64,000 bases of DNA from an uncultured Gemmatimonadales bacterium (GTDB taxonomy: Bacteria > Gemmatimonadota > Gemmatimonadetes > Gemmatimonadales > GWC2-71-9), in the NCBI GenBank assembly GCA_963828735.1, contig CAWHFW010000005.1, positions 2,272,001 to 2,336,000 of the forward strand, in the 5' to 3' direction. Both the position numbers and the translations under genes were made by a program. This document shows positions 19,597-29,449 of this stretch, one piece after another. Position 1 is the stretch's first letter, and every line of letters starts with the position of its first letter. The notes below the pieces were generated by a model that worked only from the letters and a program-made list of their open reading frames with translations, ran no database searches and was not told the DNA's origin.

Positions 19597-19773
19597 ACCT
19601 GCCTCCATGTGCGATTTGGTGAAGAGCGAGAGGATTTGGCGAAACATACGCAGCTCGACCAGGCGAAGAGTGAGGCCGGCACCGGAGCGACGTGGATGGA
19701 GCGAGGCCACGCAGTCCCGCCAATTGGCGGGTAGCTCGTACTTTGGCGACGCAAGTCCTGCGTAGAGGCCACT

Positions 19774-19802
19774 AGTATGGACGTGACCTAAATACCTGTC
19801 AA
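19774..19802 (-). promoter_or_regulatory. Sigma70 promoter of the fae operon
   Basis: Minus strand TTGACA-17 nt-CATACT. Confidence 0.7.
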
Positions 19803-19839
19803 GGAGTCATGCACCCCCCGCAGGCACTCTCCGGGCACG

Positions 19840-19871
19840 TTGCCCGAAATCGTCTTTCGGTGTATATTCGG
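19840..19871 (+). promoter_or_regulatory. Sigma70-like promoter overlapped by a TTCGG-N6-TTCGG box
   Basis: TTGCCC-17 nt-TATATT; box TTCGGtgtataTTCGG at 19856-19871 covers the -10. Confidence 0.6.
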
Positions 19872-19898
19872 TTCTCTCGGAAACACTGCAAGTGATTC

Positions 19899-20171
19899 AT
19901 GAACAAGACCTTACCAAAAAAGACCGAGCTCAGGCCCTCCACTCGCCGACCACGGGTGACGCCGGCCGTGTGTCCCACGCCCAGCCGGTACCATGCCTTC
20001 CTGAAGCGGCTTCGCGCAGGCGGACGCAGCAACATGTACGGCGCCATCCCTTACCTGATGGAGGCATTCGACGTCGATAGGGAATCAGCCTTTCGCATCG
20101 TGTGCGAGTGGCTCGATCAGCAGAGGAACGAGGCGGCGCCGCCCCCTGCCGCAGCGTCCGCGCGACGCTGA
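19899..20171 (+). CDS. Small hypothetical protein (DUF5049/phage-like 'LRxxGxxNMxGA.PYL' type)
   Basis: FLKRLRAGGRSNMYGAIPYLMEAFDVDRESAFRIVCEW; own promoter. Confidence 0.65.
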   Translation: MNKTLPKKTELRPSTRRPRVTPAVCPTPSRYHAFLKRLRAGGRSNMYGAIPYLMEAFDVDRESAFRIVCEWLDQQRNEAAPPPAAASARR

Positions 20172-20256
20172 CGTTCCGGCGGCCGTCGCCCTTGCTGGAG
20201 GACGCGCGCTTCGAAGAGGGCCGGTGACTGCTCAATGCTCACAACGACTTACGTGC

Positions 20257-20271
20257 TGGCACGAGGCTGGC
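20257..20271 (+). promoter_or_regulatory. Candidate sigma54 promoter
   Basis: TGGCACG-aggc-TGGC, about 44 bp upstream of ATG 20315. Confidence 0.5.
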
Positions 20272-20314
20272 GTTTCGGGGAGCCGCAGGTTTCCCAACTT
20301 CAGTCGAGGAGTCT

Positions 20315-20752
20315 ATGAGGACCAGCATCGTCGCGGGGTCGCTGCTCGCCGCTCTGTCACTCGTCGCGCCGCTTGCCGCTCAGCAGGTCTCGGCCGACGT
20401 AGTGCTGCGGAGCGGGCCGGTCGCCGGCCGAGTCATCGTCGGCGACGGGTATTCCACCTACCACCGTCCCGTGGTGTACCGCCGAGTACCGGCGCGCGTC
20501 ATCGTCGTCGAGCGGGTCTACGTCCGTGGTCACCCGGCGCTGAAGCACTGGCGTCAGCACGGCTACCGGCAGCTGGTGGTGTACTACCGGGATGGGCGCT
20601 ATTACGACCGGAACGTGCGCACCTGGCCCGCTATGCGAGAGGTCGTCGTCTATGAGCGCGACGGCCGGTACTACCAGTTCTGCGACGAGCGCGAATGCAA
20701 CAACGGCTACCACGATCCTCACCGGCACGGGGACGACCGCGATTGGGACTGA
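20315..20752 (+). CDS. Secreted Arg/Tyr/Val-rich hypothetical protein
   Basis: Signal peptide (APLAA-Q), repeated VVYxRDGRYY, RBS GAGGAG. Confidence 0.75.
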   Translation: MRTSIVAGSLLAALSLVAPLAAQQVSADVVLRSGPVAGRVIVGDGYSTYHRPVVYRRVPARVIVVERVYVRGHPALKHWRQHGYRQLVVYYRDGRYYDRNVRTWPAMREVVVYERDGRYYQFCDERECNNGYHDPHRHGDDRDWD

Positions 20753-20807
20753 CCTGTCCGCGCGCCTTCCGGCGCCTGATCACCCAGATCCAGGTCGGTT
20801 GAAGGAC

Positions 20808-20838
20808 CAGACATCCCCGCCATGCGCGGGGATGTCTG
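20808..20838 (+). terminator. 13-bp stem hairpin downstream of the 20315 gene
   Basis: CAGACATCCCCGC-catgc-GCGGGGATGTCTG. Confidence 0.6.
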
Positions 20839-20920
20839 CATTCGAGGCATCTGTGTCGAGTCCCTGCGACGATCGGTCAGGAGCCTGCATCTCCTACTGC
20901 GGAGGAGAAAGAGAGTTTTC

Positions 20921-23900
20921 GTGGCCCGTTCGAACAAGTCCTTCGCCGCAGGTGTGGCGGTCGCCGTGCTGCTTACGGCGCCGCGTCTGGCTACGCCCGC
21001 CCAGGCACAGTACTTCGGCCGCAACAAGGTTCAGTACCAGAGCTTCGACTTCAAGATTCTCCACACCCAGCACTTCGACGTCTACTACTATCCCGAGGAG
21101 CAGCTCGCCGGCGAGTTGACCGGGCGGATGGCAGAGCGTTGGTACACGCGGCTGAGCACCGTGCTGCATCACGAGCTGGCCGGTCGGCAGCCGCTCATTG
21201 TCTATGCCACCCAAGCCCAGTTCGAACAGACCAACGTCGTTCAGGGCCTCGGCGAAGGCACGGGTGGCGTGACCGAGGCGCTTCGCCGGCGGATCGTTCT
21301 CCCGACCGGTGGCACGCTCGGGGACCTGAACCACGTGATCGGCCACGAGCTGACCCACGCCTTCCAGTACGACATGACCGGCGGGACGGCGAAAGGGGGA
21401 GCGCCGCCGAGCGCCGCCAACATGCCGCTCTGGTTCATCGAGGGTATGGCGGAATACCTCTCCCTCGGCCCAGCCGCCCCGCTGACTGCCATGTGGATGC
21501 GCGGCGCCGTCCAGGATACCGTCCGCGACTCGCTGCCGAACTTCAGGCAGCTCGAGGATCCGCGATTCTTCCCCTACCGCTACGGTCAAGCGCTGCTTGC
21601 CTACGTTGGCGGTACCTACGGCGATGACCGGATCGGCGAGCTCCTGCGCAACGCCGGCCGAACGCATGGGGTGGACCAGGCGATTCGAGGTGTGCTGAGC
21701 CTCACGCCCGACCAGCTCATCGCCAACTGGCATGCGGCCACGCACGCGGACTACGACTCACTTCGGAGCCGGACCGACCTGCCGGATCGGTACGGACCGA
21801 AGCTGGTCGGCGTGAACGGCGAGGACGTCGGCCAGTACAACCTGGCGCCGTCGCTGAGCCCGGACGGCACTCAGATGATGTTCTTCTCCGACCGTGATCA
21901 GTTCAGCGTCGATCTCTTTCTGGCGGACGCGCGTACGGGGAAGGTGAAGCGCCAGATCACCCGCACCGCCGTGGACCCGCACCTCGAGAGCCTGCAGTTC
22001 ATCCAGTCCGCGGGGAGCTGGTCGGACGACGGACAGCGCTTTGTGTTTGCGGGCATCGAGGGCGGCCGCCCCAACCTCAACATCTACGATGTCGCGCGCG
22101 GACGCATCGAGCGCGAGATCCGCCTGCCCCAGCTCGGCGACATTCTCAATCCGAGCTGGTCCCCCGACGGGCACGAGATCGCGTTCTCCGCGCTGGTCGG
22201 CGGCCTGAGCGACGTGTTCGTGTACGACCTCCGGACCAACGCGCTGCACCGCCTGACCAACGACGCGTACTCGGACCTGCAGCCGAGCTGGTCCCCGGAT
22301 GGGCGACGCATCGCGTTCGCGACGGACCGCTTCACCACCAACCTCAAGGACCTCGCGATCGGGCCCTATTCGCTCGCGATCCTGGACCGGGCGACCGGGC
22401 GCATCACGGCCGTGCCCGGGTTCACTGGGGCGAAGCATCTCAACCCGCAGTGGTCGCCCGACGGAACGAGCCTGTACTTCGTGTCCGATCCGGGCGGGAT
22501 CGCGAACGTCTACCGCGTCCGGCTCTCGGACAGCGCGCTCACCCAGGTCACCAACCTCTTTACCGGGGTCAGCGGAATCACCGAGACCAGCCCGGCGATC
22601 ACCGTGGCCGCCCGAAGCGGCCGGCTGGCCTACAGCGTGTTCCGCACGAACGGTTACGAGCTCTACGCCATCGACTCGCCCGAAATTCTCGCCGGTCGGC
22701 CGGTGACGACGACGACGCACTGGCTTGCCGCGGCGTTGCCGCCCATCAAGCGGGAGAGCTCGGTGCTGGCCAGCGTGCTGACCGATCCCGGCACCGGCCT
22801 ACCGCCCGACACGACCTTCCGCTCGTCGCGGTACAAGCCGGGCCTGTCGCTTACGGCCGTGGGCCAGCCGTCGTTGGCCGTGGGGTCGAGCGAGTTCGGG
22901 ACCTATGTCGGCGGCGGCGTGTCGCTGTACTGGACCGACGAGCTGGGTAACAGGAACCTGGTAACCGGTCTGCAGGTGAACGGGGGAATCAGGGACGTCA
23001 CGGGCATCGTGGGCTACCAGAACATGAGTCACCGCCTCAACTGGGGGGCCGTGATCGAGCAGGTCCCCTATCTCACCGGCCAATTCGCGGCGGGCATCAC
23101 GGAGATCAACGGGGAGCCGGTATACGTCGAGCAGCAGCTGCTCCAGCGACAGACGAATCGCGACCTCACGGGCTTCATCTCCTATCCCTTCAACACGGCG
23201 AAGCGGGTCGAGCTCTCCGCGGGAGTCAACAACATCACGTTCGACAATGAGCTCCAGACGCAGGGATTTTCCCAGCTCACGGGTCAACAGGTGCTGGATA
23301 CCAAGGTGAACCTGCCCGCGGGCAGCGCGCTCAACCTCGGGGTCGCGAGCGCGGCGCTCGTGTACGACAACTCGCTCCTGGGCGCGACCGGTCCGATTCT
23401 GGGCCAGCGGTACCGGCTGGAGGCGAGCCCGACGTTCGGCTCGCTCAACTACGTGAGCGCCCTCGTGGACTACCGCCGCTACTTCATGCCCGTGAGGCCG
23501 TTCACGCTCGCGGCGAGGATCATGCACTACGGGCGCTACGGGTCGGGGAGCGAGGATCCGCGAATACAGCCGCTCTTCCTCGGATGGCCCGGTCTCGTGC
23601 GCGGGTATCGGATCGGCACGTTCAACGCGTCCGAGTGCCGCCCGACCGTCAGCGACCCGAACGGGTGCCCGGTCTTTGACCAGCTGGTTGGGAGCCGCAT
23701 GCTCGTCGGCAACCTGGAGCTTCGATTCCCGCTGCTCGGTGTGCTGGGCGTGGGGTCCGGCTACTACGGAGCGCTGCCGATCGATTTCACGGTCTTCGGC
23801 GACGGCGGCCTGGCCTGGGACAACGCCGACGAGCCCCGGCTCACCGGGGGTAGCCGGCAACCGGTCTTCAGCGCCGGCGCCGGCCTTCGATTCAACCTGT

Positions 23901-23995
23901 TTGGCTTCGCGGTGGCGGAGTTCAATCTGGTGCGTCCGTTCGAGCGGCCGGACAAGAAATGGGTGTGGGAAGTGAACCTGATTCAGGGGTTCTGA
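20921..23995 (+). CDS. Zincin peptidase-like / PD40 propeller / Omp85(BamA)-type barrel fusion
   Basis: AQAQYFGRNKVQY, HELTH, WFIEGMAEY, repeated PSWSPDG, VRGY, barrel ending in F; start uncertain. Confidence 0.85.
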   Translation: MARSNKSFAAGVAVAVLLTAPRLATPAQAQYFGRNKVQYQSFDFKILHTQHFDVYYYPEEQLAGELTGRMAERWYTRLSTVLHHELAGRQPLIVYATQAQFEQTNVVQGLGEGTGGVTEALRRRIVLPTGGTLGDLNHVIGHELTHAFQYDMTGGTAKGGAPPSAANMPLWFIEGMAEYLSLGPAAPLTAMWMRGAVQDTVRDSLPNFRQLEDPRFFPYRYGQALLAYVGGTYGDDRIGELLRNAGRTHGVDQAIRGVLSLTPDQLIANWHAATHADYDSLRSRTDLPDRYGPKLVGVNGEDVGQYNLAPSLSPDGTQMMFFSDRDQFSVDLFLADARTGKVKRQITRTAVDPHLESLQFIQSAGSWSDDGQRFVFAGIEGGRPNLNIYDVARGRIEREIRLPQLGDILNPSWSPDGHEIAFSALVGGLSDVFVYDLRTNALHRLTNDAYSDLQPSWSPDGRRIAFATDRFTTNLKDLAIGPYSLAILDRATGRITAVPGFTGAKHLNPQWSPDGTSLYFVSDPGGIANVYRVRLSDSALTQVTNLFTGVSGITETSPAITVAARSGRLAYSVFRTNGYELYAIDSPEILAGRPVTTTTHWLAAALPPIKRESSVLASVLTDPGTGLPPDTTFRSSRYKPGLSLTAVGQPSLAVGSSEFGTYVGGGVSLYWTDELGNRNLVTGLQVNGGIRDVTGIVGYQNMSHRLNWGAVIEQVPYLTGQFAAGITEINGEPVYVEQQLLQRQTNRDLTGFISYPFNTAKRVELSAGVNNITFDNELQTQGFSQLTGQQVLDTKVNLPAGSALNLGVASAALVYDNSLLGATGPILGQRYRLEASPTFGSLNYVSALVDYRRYFMPVRPFTLAARIMHYGRYGSGSEDPRIQPLFLGWPGLVRGYRIGTFNASECRPTVSDPNGCPVFDQLVGSRMLVGNLELRFPLLGVLGVGSGYYGALPIDFTVFGDGGLAWDNADEPRLTGGSRQPVFSAGAGLRFNLFGFAVAEFNLVRPFERPDKKWVWEVNLIQGF

Positions 23996-24033
23996 CCGTT
24001 TACAATCGGTCCTCGCCGGGCGTTCATTCCCCC

Positions 24034-26646
24034 ATGCACGCCACCCGCGACCATCACCTTCCTCCCGATCCCGACGCCTATCGCCACGCTCCCCATCCCA
24101 AGGGACGGATCGTCGTCATTGCCCCGACGCGCGCCGCGTGCGAGACGATCGAGCTGGCGCTCGGGCTGCACCTGGACACGCTGCTCGAGCGCGAGCACGG
24201 CGCGGAGATCCGGTCGCTGGCCTCCTCGGGCAAGGGATTCGGCATCGTCGCGGGCACCGGGACCGGCAAGACGCTTGGGATCCGCCCGATCGCCGAGGCG
24301 ATCCTCAAGGAGCCCCTGGCCGTCGGCGTGGTGAACCGCGAGCGCGAGGCGACGCCGGCGACGCCGTCCTGGAACGTGGTGATCGTCACCACCGGCATCG
24401 CGCGGCGCTGGTTCCAGGACGACCTCATCACCGGACGCGACACGGTCATCGTCGACGAGATCCATCAGACGTCGGCGGAGCTCGAGCTGTGTCTGGCTTT
24501 GGGGAAGCGGGCCGGATGCCGCTACGTGTGGCTCAGTGCCACCGTGGATCCGGCGTTCTACGCGCGTTACCTCGACAGTGCCGAGGTGCTCGAGACGCAG
24601 GCGTTCGATCCCAGTCTCAAGGCAAAGGTCGAGGTGCTGCGGCAGCAACCCGACGAGTTCCTCAACGAGCGCTACATCCGTCACGTCATCAAGGAGAAGC
24701 GCGGGGTGGCGGTGTTCCTGCCCACCCGCGCCGAGGTGGAGCGGCTCGGCGTCGAGCTCGGTGAGCAATGGAAGCGGCTCACGACGGCGTTCTATCATGG
24801 CGGGGAGCCGATCCGCGTGATCCGTCCCTTTCTCGAGGGCGAGGTCGAGCGCCCGTTCCTGCTCGCGATGACCGCGGCGGGTCAGTCCGCCCTCAACGTC
24901 CGCGGCCTCGACACCGTCGTGATCTACGACGCGCGGTATGGCAACGTCGTGGAGCGTGGCCGGAACGTCCTTCACCGCCTCTATCTCGGCGCGAACGAGA
25001 TCCTGCAGATGGCCGGCCGGGTGCATGGCCGCGTCCCGAACGGGGAGGTCGTGATCCTGAGCGACCGGGACCTCGTGTTCGAGCGGCTCCAGCCAACCCC
25101 CCCGGAATTCCAGCTTGCGGGTGACGCGGAGCGCGTCGCCATCACCTGCGCGGCGCTCGGCGTCGACGCGGGCGACCTGGACCTCCCCGTGCCGCTGGAC
25201 CGCATCGCCTACCGACGGGCGCTCGGACTCCTGACCAGCCGAGGGTTGGTGGAGGACGGAAAGCTCACCGCCTACGGCCGCGATGTGGAGGCGATGCCGG
25301 TCGAGCGGCCGTGGGGAGAGCTGCTCGTGCATGCTGACCCCGAGCTCATGCCGATGGTGGCGGTCTGCTCCAACATCGACTCGCTGCACCGTATGACGCG
25401 GGAGGAGCGGGACCTCCATGGCGTGGTCGTGAACGGAAGCGACCACCTGACCGCGTACAACCTCTACGCGGAGGCGGTGAACCAGCACGGTTATCTGGGG
25501 GAGGTCTACGGGCTGCCCAGGCATCTGTTCGAGGACGGGTTGGCCGAATGGGCCGAGCGCCGGGGCGTCCTGGTCAAAGCCATCGAGGACACCGCGCTGG
25601 GCGTCGCCTCGGTGTATCGCTCGATCGAGTTCCCGCTCCCCAAGCAGCTGCCCTATGCGTCGAAGGATATCCGCCGGGAATGGGCCGAGCTGCTCGCCCG
25701 GTTCATGCCCTTCGATCTCGTGATCGACGAGCACACGGCCGATGGCCAGGAGGCGAGGGTCTCGAAGACGTCCGTCGCGGGGAGCTGGGGGGCCGTGGCG
25801 GGTTCGCTTCGATTCTTCGCCGACCGCTTCGGCGTCCCGCGCGCCTCGATCGAGGGGACGACCCTGTCCTACGATCTCGTGCGGGAGCACGCCACGCTCG
25901 GCGCCCCGCGCGTCGTGCTGAGCGGCCCCCGGAAGCACCAGGGTCTCGCGGTCGAGCGCCGCCGCAGCTACTTCGGATTCGAACTCGAAACCGAGGTCGA
26001 GCCGCTGCGGGACGGGGTTCCCGAGCCGCTCCGCGACACCGCCCGGGGCGTTCTGGCCGAAGCCTTGATCGAGGGCGAAACCGCGCATCCGGACCAGGGA
26101 CGGCTCCGGCGTGCCGTCGAAACCCTGGACGAGCTCTGGCGGCGCTCCGGAGGCACGCTCGATGCGGCGGCGCCGAACGCGGTCCGATCGCGGCTCCGTG
26201 CCCAACTCGAGCGCGTGATTGGCTGGGATGATTTCCTGCGGACGCGTGTACAGCTCGATCCCGGCGCGCTGATCGACGAAGCGACGCGGTCACGCCTCGA
26301 GGAGCTGCCATCGATGATCCGGCTCCGCGGGGATGCGGCCCCGCTCGACTACGAGGTCGCCGACGGACAAGCCGTGGCGCGCGTCCGGCTTCGGGAGGGC
26401 CAGGCCCGGCGCCTTCGCGAGGGCGACCTCCCGCCCCTCGACCGGCCGCTCCGCTTCGCCGTGGTCCGCGGCCGTCATCAGCCCATTCTGGCGGACAGCC
26501 TGGCCGACCTGCATGCCGAGCTGCGGAGGGCACCCAAGCCGTCCCGTCACGACGACGACCGAGCTCACCGGCCACGACCTGGCAAGGGTCCAAGAGGGGG
26601 ACCTCCCGGCCCCCGCCGCCATGGCCGGTCCCGACGGGGGCGGTAG
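24034..26646 (+). CDS. DEAH-box (HrpA/HrpB-like) helicase
   Basis: AGTGTGKT, DEIH, SAT, FLPTRAE, QMAGRVHGR. Confidence 0.85.
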   Translation: MHATRDHHLPPDPDAYRHAPHPKGRIVVIAPTRAACETIELALGLHLDTLLEREHGAEIRSLASSGKGFGIVAGTGTGKTLGIRPIAEAILKEPLAVGVVNREREATPATPSWNVVIVTTGIARRWFQDDLITGRDTVIVDEIHQTSAELELCLALGKRAGCRYVWLSATVDPAFYARYLDSAEVLETQAFDPSLKAKVEVLRQQPDEFLNERYIRHVIKEKRGVAVFLPTRAEVERLGVELGEQWKRLTTAFYHGGEPIRVIRPFLEGEVERPFLLAMTAAGQSALNVRGLDTVVIYDARYGNVVERGRNVLHRLYLGANEILQMAGRVHGRVPNGEVVILSDRDLVFERLQPTPPEFQLAGDAERVAITCAALGVDAGDLDLPVPLDRIAYRRALGLLTSRGLVEDGKLTAYGRDVEAMPVERPWGELLVHADPELMPMVAVCSNIDSLHRMTREERDLHGVVVNGSDHLTAYNLYAEAVNQHGYLGEVYGLPRHLFEDGLAEWAERRGVLVKAIEDTALGVASVYRSIEFPLPKQLPYASKDIRREWAELLARFMPFDLVIDEHTADGQEARVSKTSVAGSWGAVAGSLRFFADRFGVPRASIEGTTLSYDLVREHATLGAPRVVLSGPRKHQGLAVERRRSYFGFELETEVEPLRDGVPEPLRDTARGVLAEALIEGETAHPDQGRLRRAVETLDELWRRSGGTLDAAAPNAVRSRLRAQLERVIGWDDFLRTRVQLDPGALIDEATRSRLEELPSMIRLRGDAAPLDYEVADGQAVARVRLREGQARRLREGDLPPLDRPLRFAVVRGRHQPILADSLADLHAELRRAPKPSRHDDDRAHRPRPGKGPRGGPPGPRRHGRSRRGR

Positions 26647-26810
26647 CCGGCCATGGCGGGAGTCCCGGGTGCGGCCCGACGCTCCAATGTGCACCCGAGG
26701 CCGCGGTGGTCGTCTTGAAAGGGTGTATAATCCCAGGTCGAAGCCGCGTCGGCAGTTACCAGACGTCTACCTCTGAAACTCCGGGATTACGAGTGTCGTA
26801 CCCATTTACT

Positions 26811-27266
26811 ATGCCGGAAGCATCAGCACTCAATTCGCTCCCATCCGTCTTCTCGCCGCTCGCCAAAGCCCTGCTCGATGGGTTCAGTGAGGGCGTCGTG
26901 GTGTTCGACGTGGAAGGACGGTTGCTGTATGCAAACCAGCAGGCCCGGGAGGCGCTGGTCGGCATGGACTTGAGCGAGCACGCTCCCGACTTGATGCCGC
27001 GGCTCGCCGCTCTTGGCGGCCGTCTCCGGCCGCTGCGCGTGGGCGGGCTCGAGCTTGGCGAGGCGATGTTCATTCCGGGCATCGAAGGGCCCACGACGTT
27101 GGCGGCGCGGGAAAAGGAGGCTATCGTCAAGACACTCGACGCGAACAACTGGAAGCTCGCGGAGACGGCCAAGCACCTGGGCATCAGCCGTACCACCCTG
27201 TGGCGCCGTCTCAAGGCGTATGGGCTACACCGAGACGGCCGGAGCAAATGGGCGCAAACCTCCTAG
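26811..27266 (+). CDS. PAS-like + Fis-type HTH regulator
   Basis: EGVVVFDVEGRLLYANQ; EKEAIVKTL..NNW...ETAKHLGISRTTLWRRLK. Confidence 0.85.
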   Translation: MPEASALNSLPSVFSPLAKALLDGFSEGVVVFDVEGRLLYANQQAREALVGMDLSEHAPDLMPRLAALGGRLRPLRVGGLELGEAMFIPGIEGPTTLAAREKEAIVKTLDANNWKLAETAKHLGISRTTLWRRLKAYGLHRDGRSKWAQTS

Positions 27267-29449
27267 CATTGTTGTGGTCCGCCGTCCTCCTTCAGTCCCC
27301 TCCAGCCGATACCGCCTCACCCTACACCAGTCCCGCCGTCCAACACCTCGTCGAGCGTGCCATGGCCCGCCGGCACGCGAGTGATTCCACCATCGCCGAC
27401 TACCAGGCGACGATCCGCTACCGGCTCTCCGTCGCGATCGGTCGGCGCGTCTGGTCGAAGGCTCCTCCATCCGCGGTGGAGGAACAGGTGGCGCGGATCC
27501 AGTGGCAGCAGCCCAACGATCTCCGGATCGACGTCATCGGGCGGCGCTTCCGCGCACGCAACCGGGATCTGGAGCTGTCCAGCGCGTGGGACCGGCCCTG
27601 GTTCGTGCCACGCGGTGTGGACGACTCCGTCCGCATCTTCAGCGACGACTTTCCGGCCACCGGCGCGCTGCACCCGCTCGCCCCCAGCGGTCCGACCTGG
27701 TACCGCTATGCGCTAACCGGCGACCTCACCGTCACGCCCGCCCGCGGCGGAGCGCTACGGCTCCTCAGGGTCCAGGTGACGCCACGGCGAAGCGGCCCGG
27801 CGCTGATCGCAGGCCAGATGTGGATCGACTCGGCGACGGCGCAGGTGGTGCGGCTCAGCTTCCGCTATATCGGGACGGCACTGTGGGTGCGGCCCGAGCC
27901 CGGACCACGCGGTCCCGACTCGACCAAGGCCCGTCGGCTCAACTCACTCGCCAATCGCATCGTGAGCATCGATGCCGATCTCGAGTATGGGCTGCAGGAG
28001 GGCCGATACTGGATGCCGTACCGCCAGGTGATCGCGGGTCGGATCCGGATCCCCGTGGTGAGCAACGTGGTCATTCCATTTCAGGCCACCACGACATTCG
28101 ATGACTACGCGATCAACACCGGGCGGGCGATCGCGTTCGAGGTCCCGTTGCCCGACAGCGCCGGATTGAGCCAGGACTCGCTCCGGGCGTTGCGCCGGCT
28201 CCGAGAAGATTCGCTTCGCGCGGAGCGCCGCGGAGGCCATGGCGACGGTGTGGACAGCCTTCGCGCGTGGGACTACGCGAATCGGTGGCCCGGGGGCCGC
28301 TACGAGCTGCACCGTCCCTCGAACGCGACGCTGGACCGGTACGGTGACTGGCCGGACTCCCTGTCGCTCGATCCCGACCCGGCGGACGCGCGCCGCCTGC
28401 GCGAGACGGAAACCGAGCTCGCCCGTCTCAGCGAGACCCTTCCGGATTCGCTGACCGGGGTCGAGGCGCACGGCTTCGCCTACGAGCGCCTGTCGGACGC
28501 GCTCCGCTACGATCGCGTCCAGGGTCTGTCGCTCGGTCTGGGCTATCGGGTGCGGATGCCGGGCATCCAGTTCGCCAATCTGTACGGGACGGTACGGTAT
28601 GGGTTCAGCGACGAACGAGTGACCGGTCGCCTCAGCCTCGTGCGCGATGCCCCGGAAGGCCGCCTCGCGCTGAGCGGGTATCGGGACATCGCGGGCGTAG
28701 ACCCGTTCTCGTCGGGACGGACGCTGGGCAACACGCTGAACGCCCTTTTCGTCGCCCACGACGATGCCGACTACCTGCTCGCCGAGGGCGGCGCGGCGAC
28801 GTTCGAGACCTCGCTTCGCTCGGGGCTCGACCTCATTCTGGGGGCCCGCGTCGAGCGGGAAACCAGCGTCAGTCGCCAGGCGGAATCCGCGGTGAACGAC
28901 GTCCTCGGGGGGGACGGCGTCTTCCCGTCGAACCCGCCGATCGACGAAGGCACCTTCGGCGGTGGGTCGGTGCGCCTGGCGCACACCGGGGGCATCCGGT
29001 GGAATCTCACGGCGGACGTGCTGGGAGGCGCCGGCCACGCGACCGGCCGCCTGTTCGGCGATATTCGGGCCGACGTGGGCGAGGCATCCGGCGGCACGCT
29101 CCGGCTCAAGGCGGGCATCGCGACGAGCCCGACACTCCAGCAATCCCGCTTCCGGTTGGGAGGCCAGGCCACCGTGCGCGGATTCGACTACGGCACGGGG
29201 ACCGGACAGGCCTTCTGGGCCGCGCAGCTGGATCTCGCGCCGATCCGCGGCCGCATTCGGCCCGTGGCGTTCGTGGATGCCGGCCAGGCGGCCAGCCCCG
29301 ACGATCTCTTCTCCAGCACCGTGCTCGCGGGGGCCGGCGTGGGCGTTTCCTTCTTCGGCGGCGCGCTTCGATTGGACCTGAGCCACCCGCTCACCCCGGA
29401 TTCCGGAGGCAAGGTGCGCTTCGACATCGTCGTCCAGGCGCCGCGATGA
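27248..29449 (+). CDS. Outer-membrane protein with C-terminal Omp85-like barrel
   Basis: Signal peptide, RYDRVQGLSLG, LGGQATVRGFD, FVDAGQ, GAGVG. Confidence 0.7.
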   Translation: MGANLLALLWSAVLLQSPPADTASPYTSPAVQHLVERAMARRHASDSTIADYQATIRYRLSVAIGRRVWSKAPPSAVEEQVARIQWQQPNDLRIDVIGRRFRARNRDLELSSAWDRPWFVPRGVDDSVRIFSDDFPATGALHPLAPSGPTWYRYALTGDLTVTPARGGALRLLRVQVTPRRSGPALIAGQMWIDSATAQVVRLSFRYIGTALWVRPEPGPRGPDSTKARRLNSLANRIVSIDADLEYGLQEGRYWMPYRQVIAGRIRIPVVSNVVIPFQATTTFDDYAINTGRAIAFEVPLPDSAGLSQDSLRALRRLREDSLRAERRGGHGDGVDSLRAWDYANRWPGGRYELHRPSNATLDRYGDWPDSLSLDPDPADARRLRETETELARLSETLPDSLTGVEAHGFAYERLSDALRYDRVQGLSLGLGYRVRMPGIQFANLYGTVRYGFSDERVTGRLSLVRDAPEGRLALSGYRDIAGVDPFSSGRTLGNTLNALFVAHDDADYLLAEGGAATFETSLRSGLDLILGARVERETSVSRQAESAVNDVLGGDGVFPSNPPIDEGTFGGGSVRLAHTGGIRWNLTADVLGGAGHATGRLFGDIRADVGEASGGTLRLKAGIATSPTLQQSRFRLGGQATVRGFDYGTGTGQAFWAAQLDLAPIRGRIRPVAFVDAGQAASPDDLFSSTVLAGAGVGVSFFGGALRLDLSHPLTPDSGGKVRFDIVVQAPR

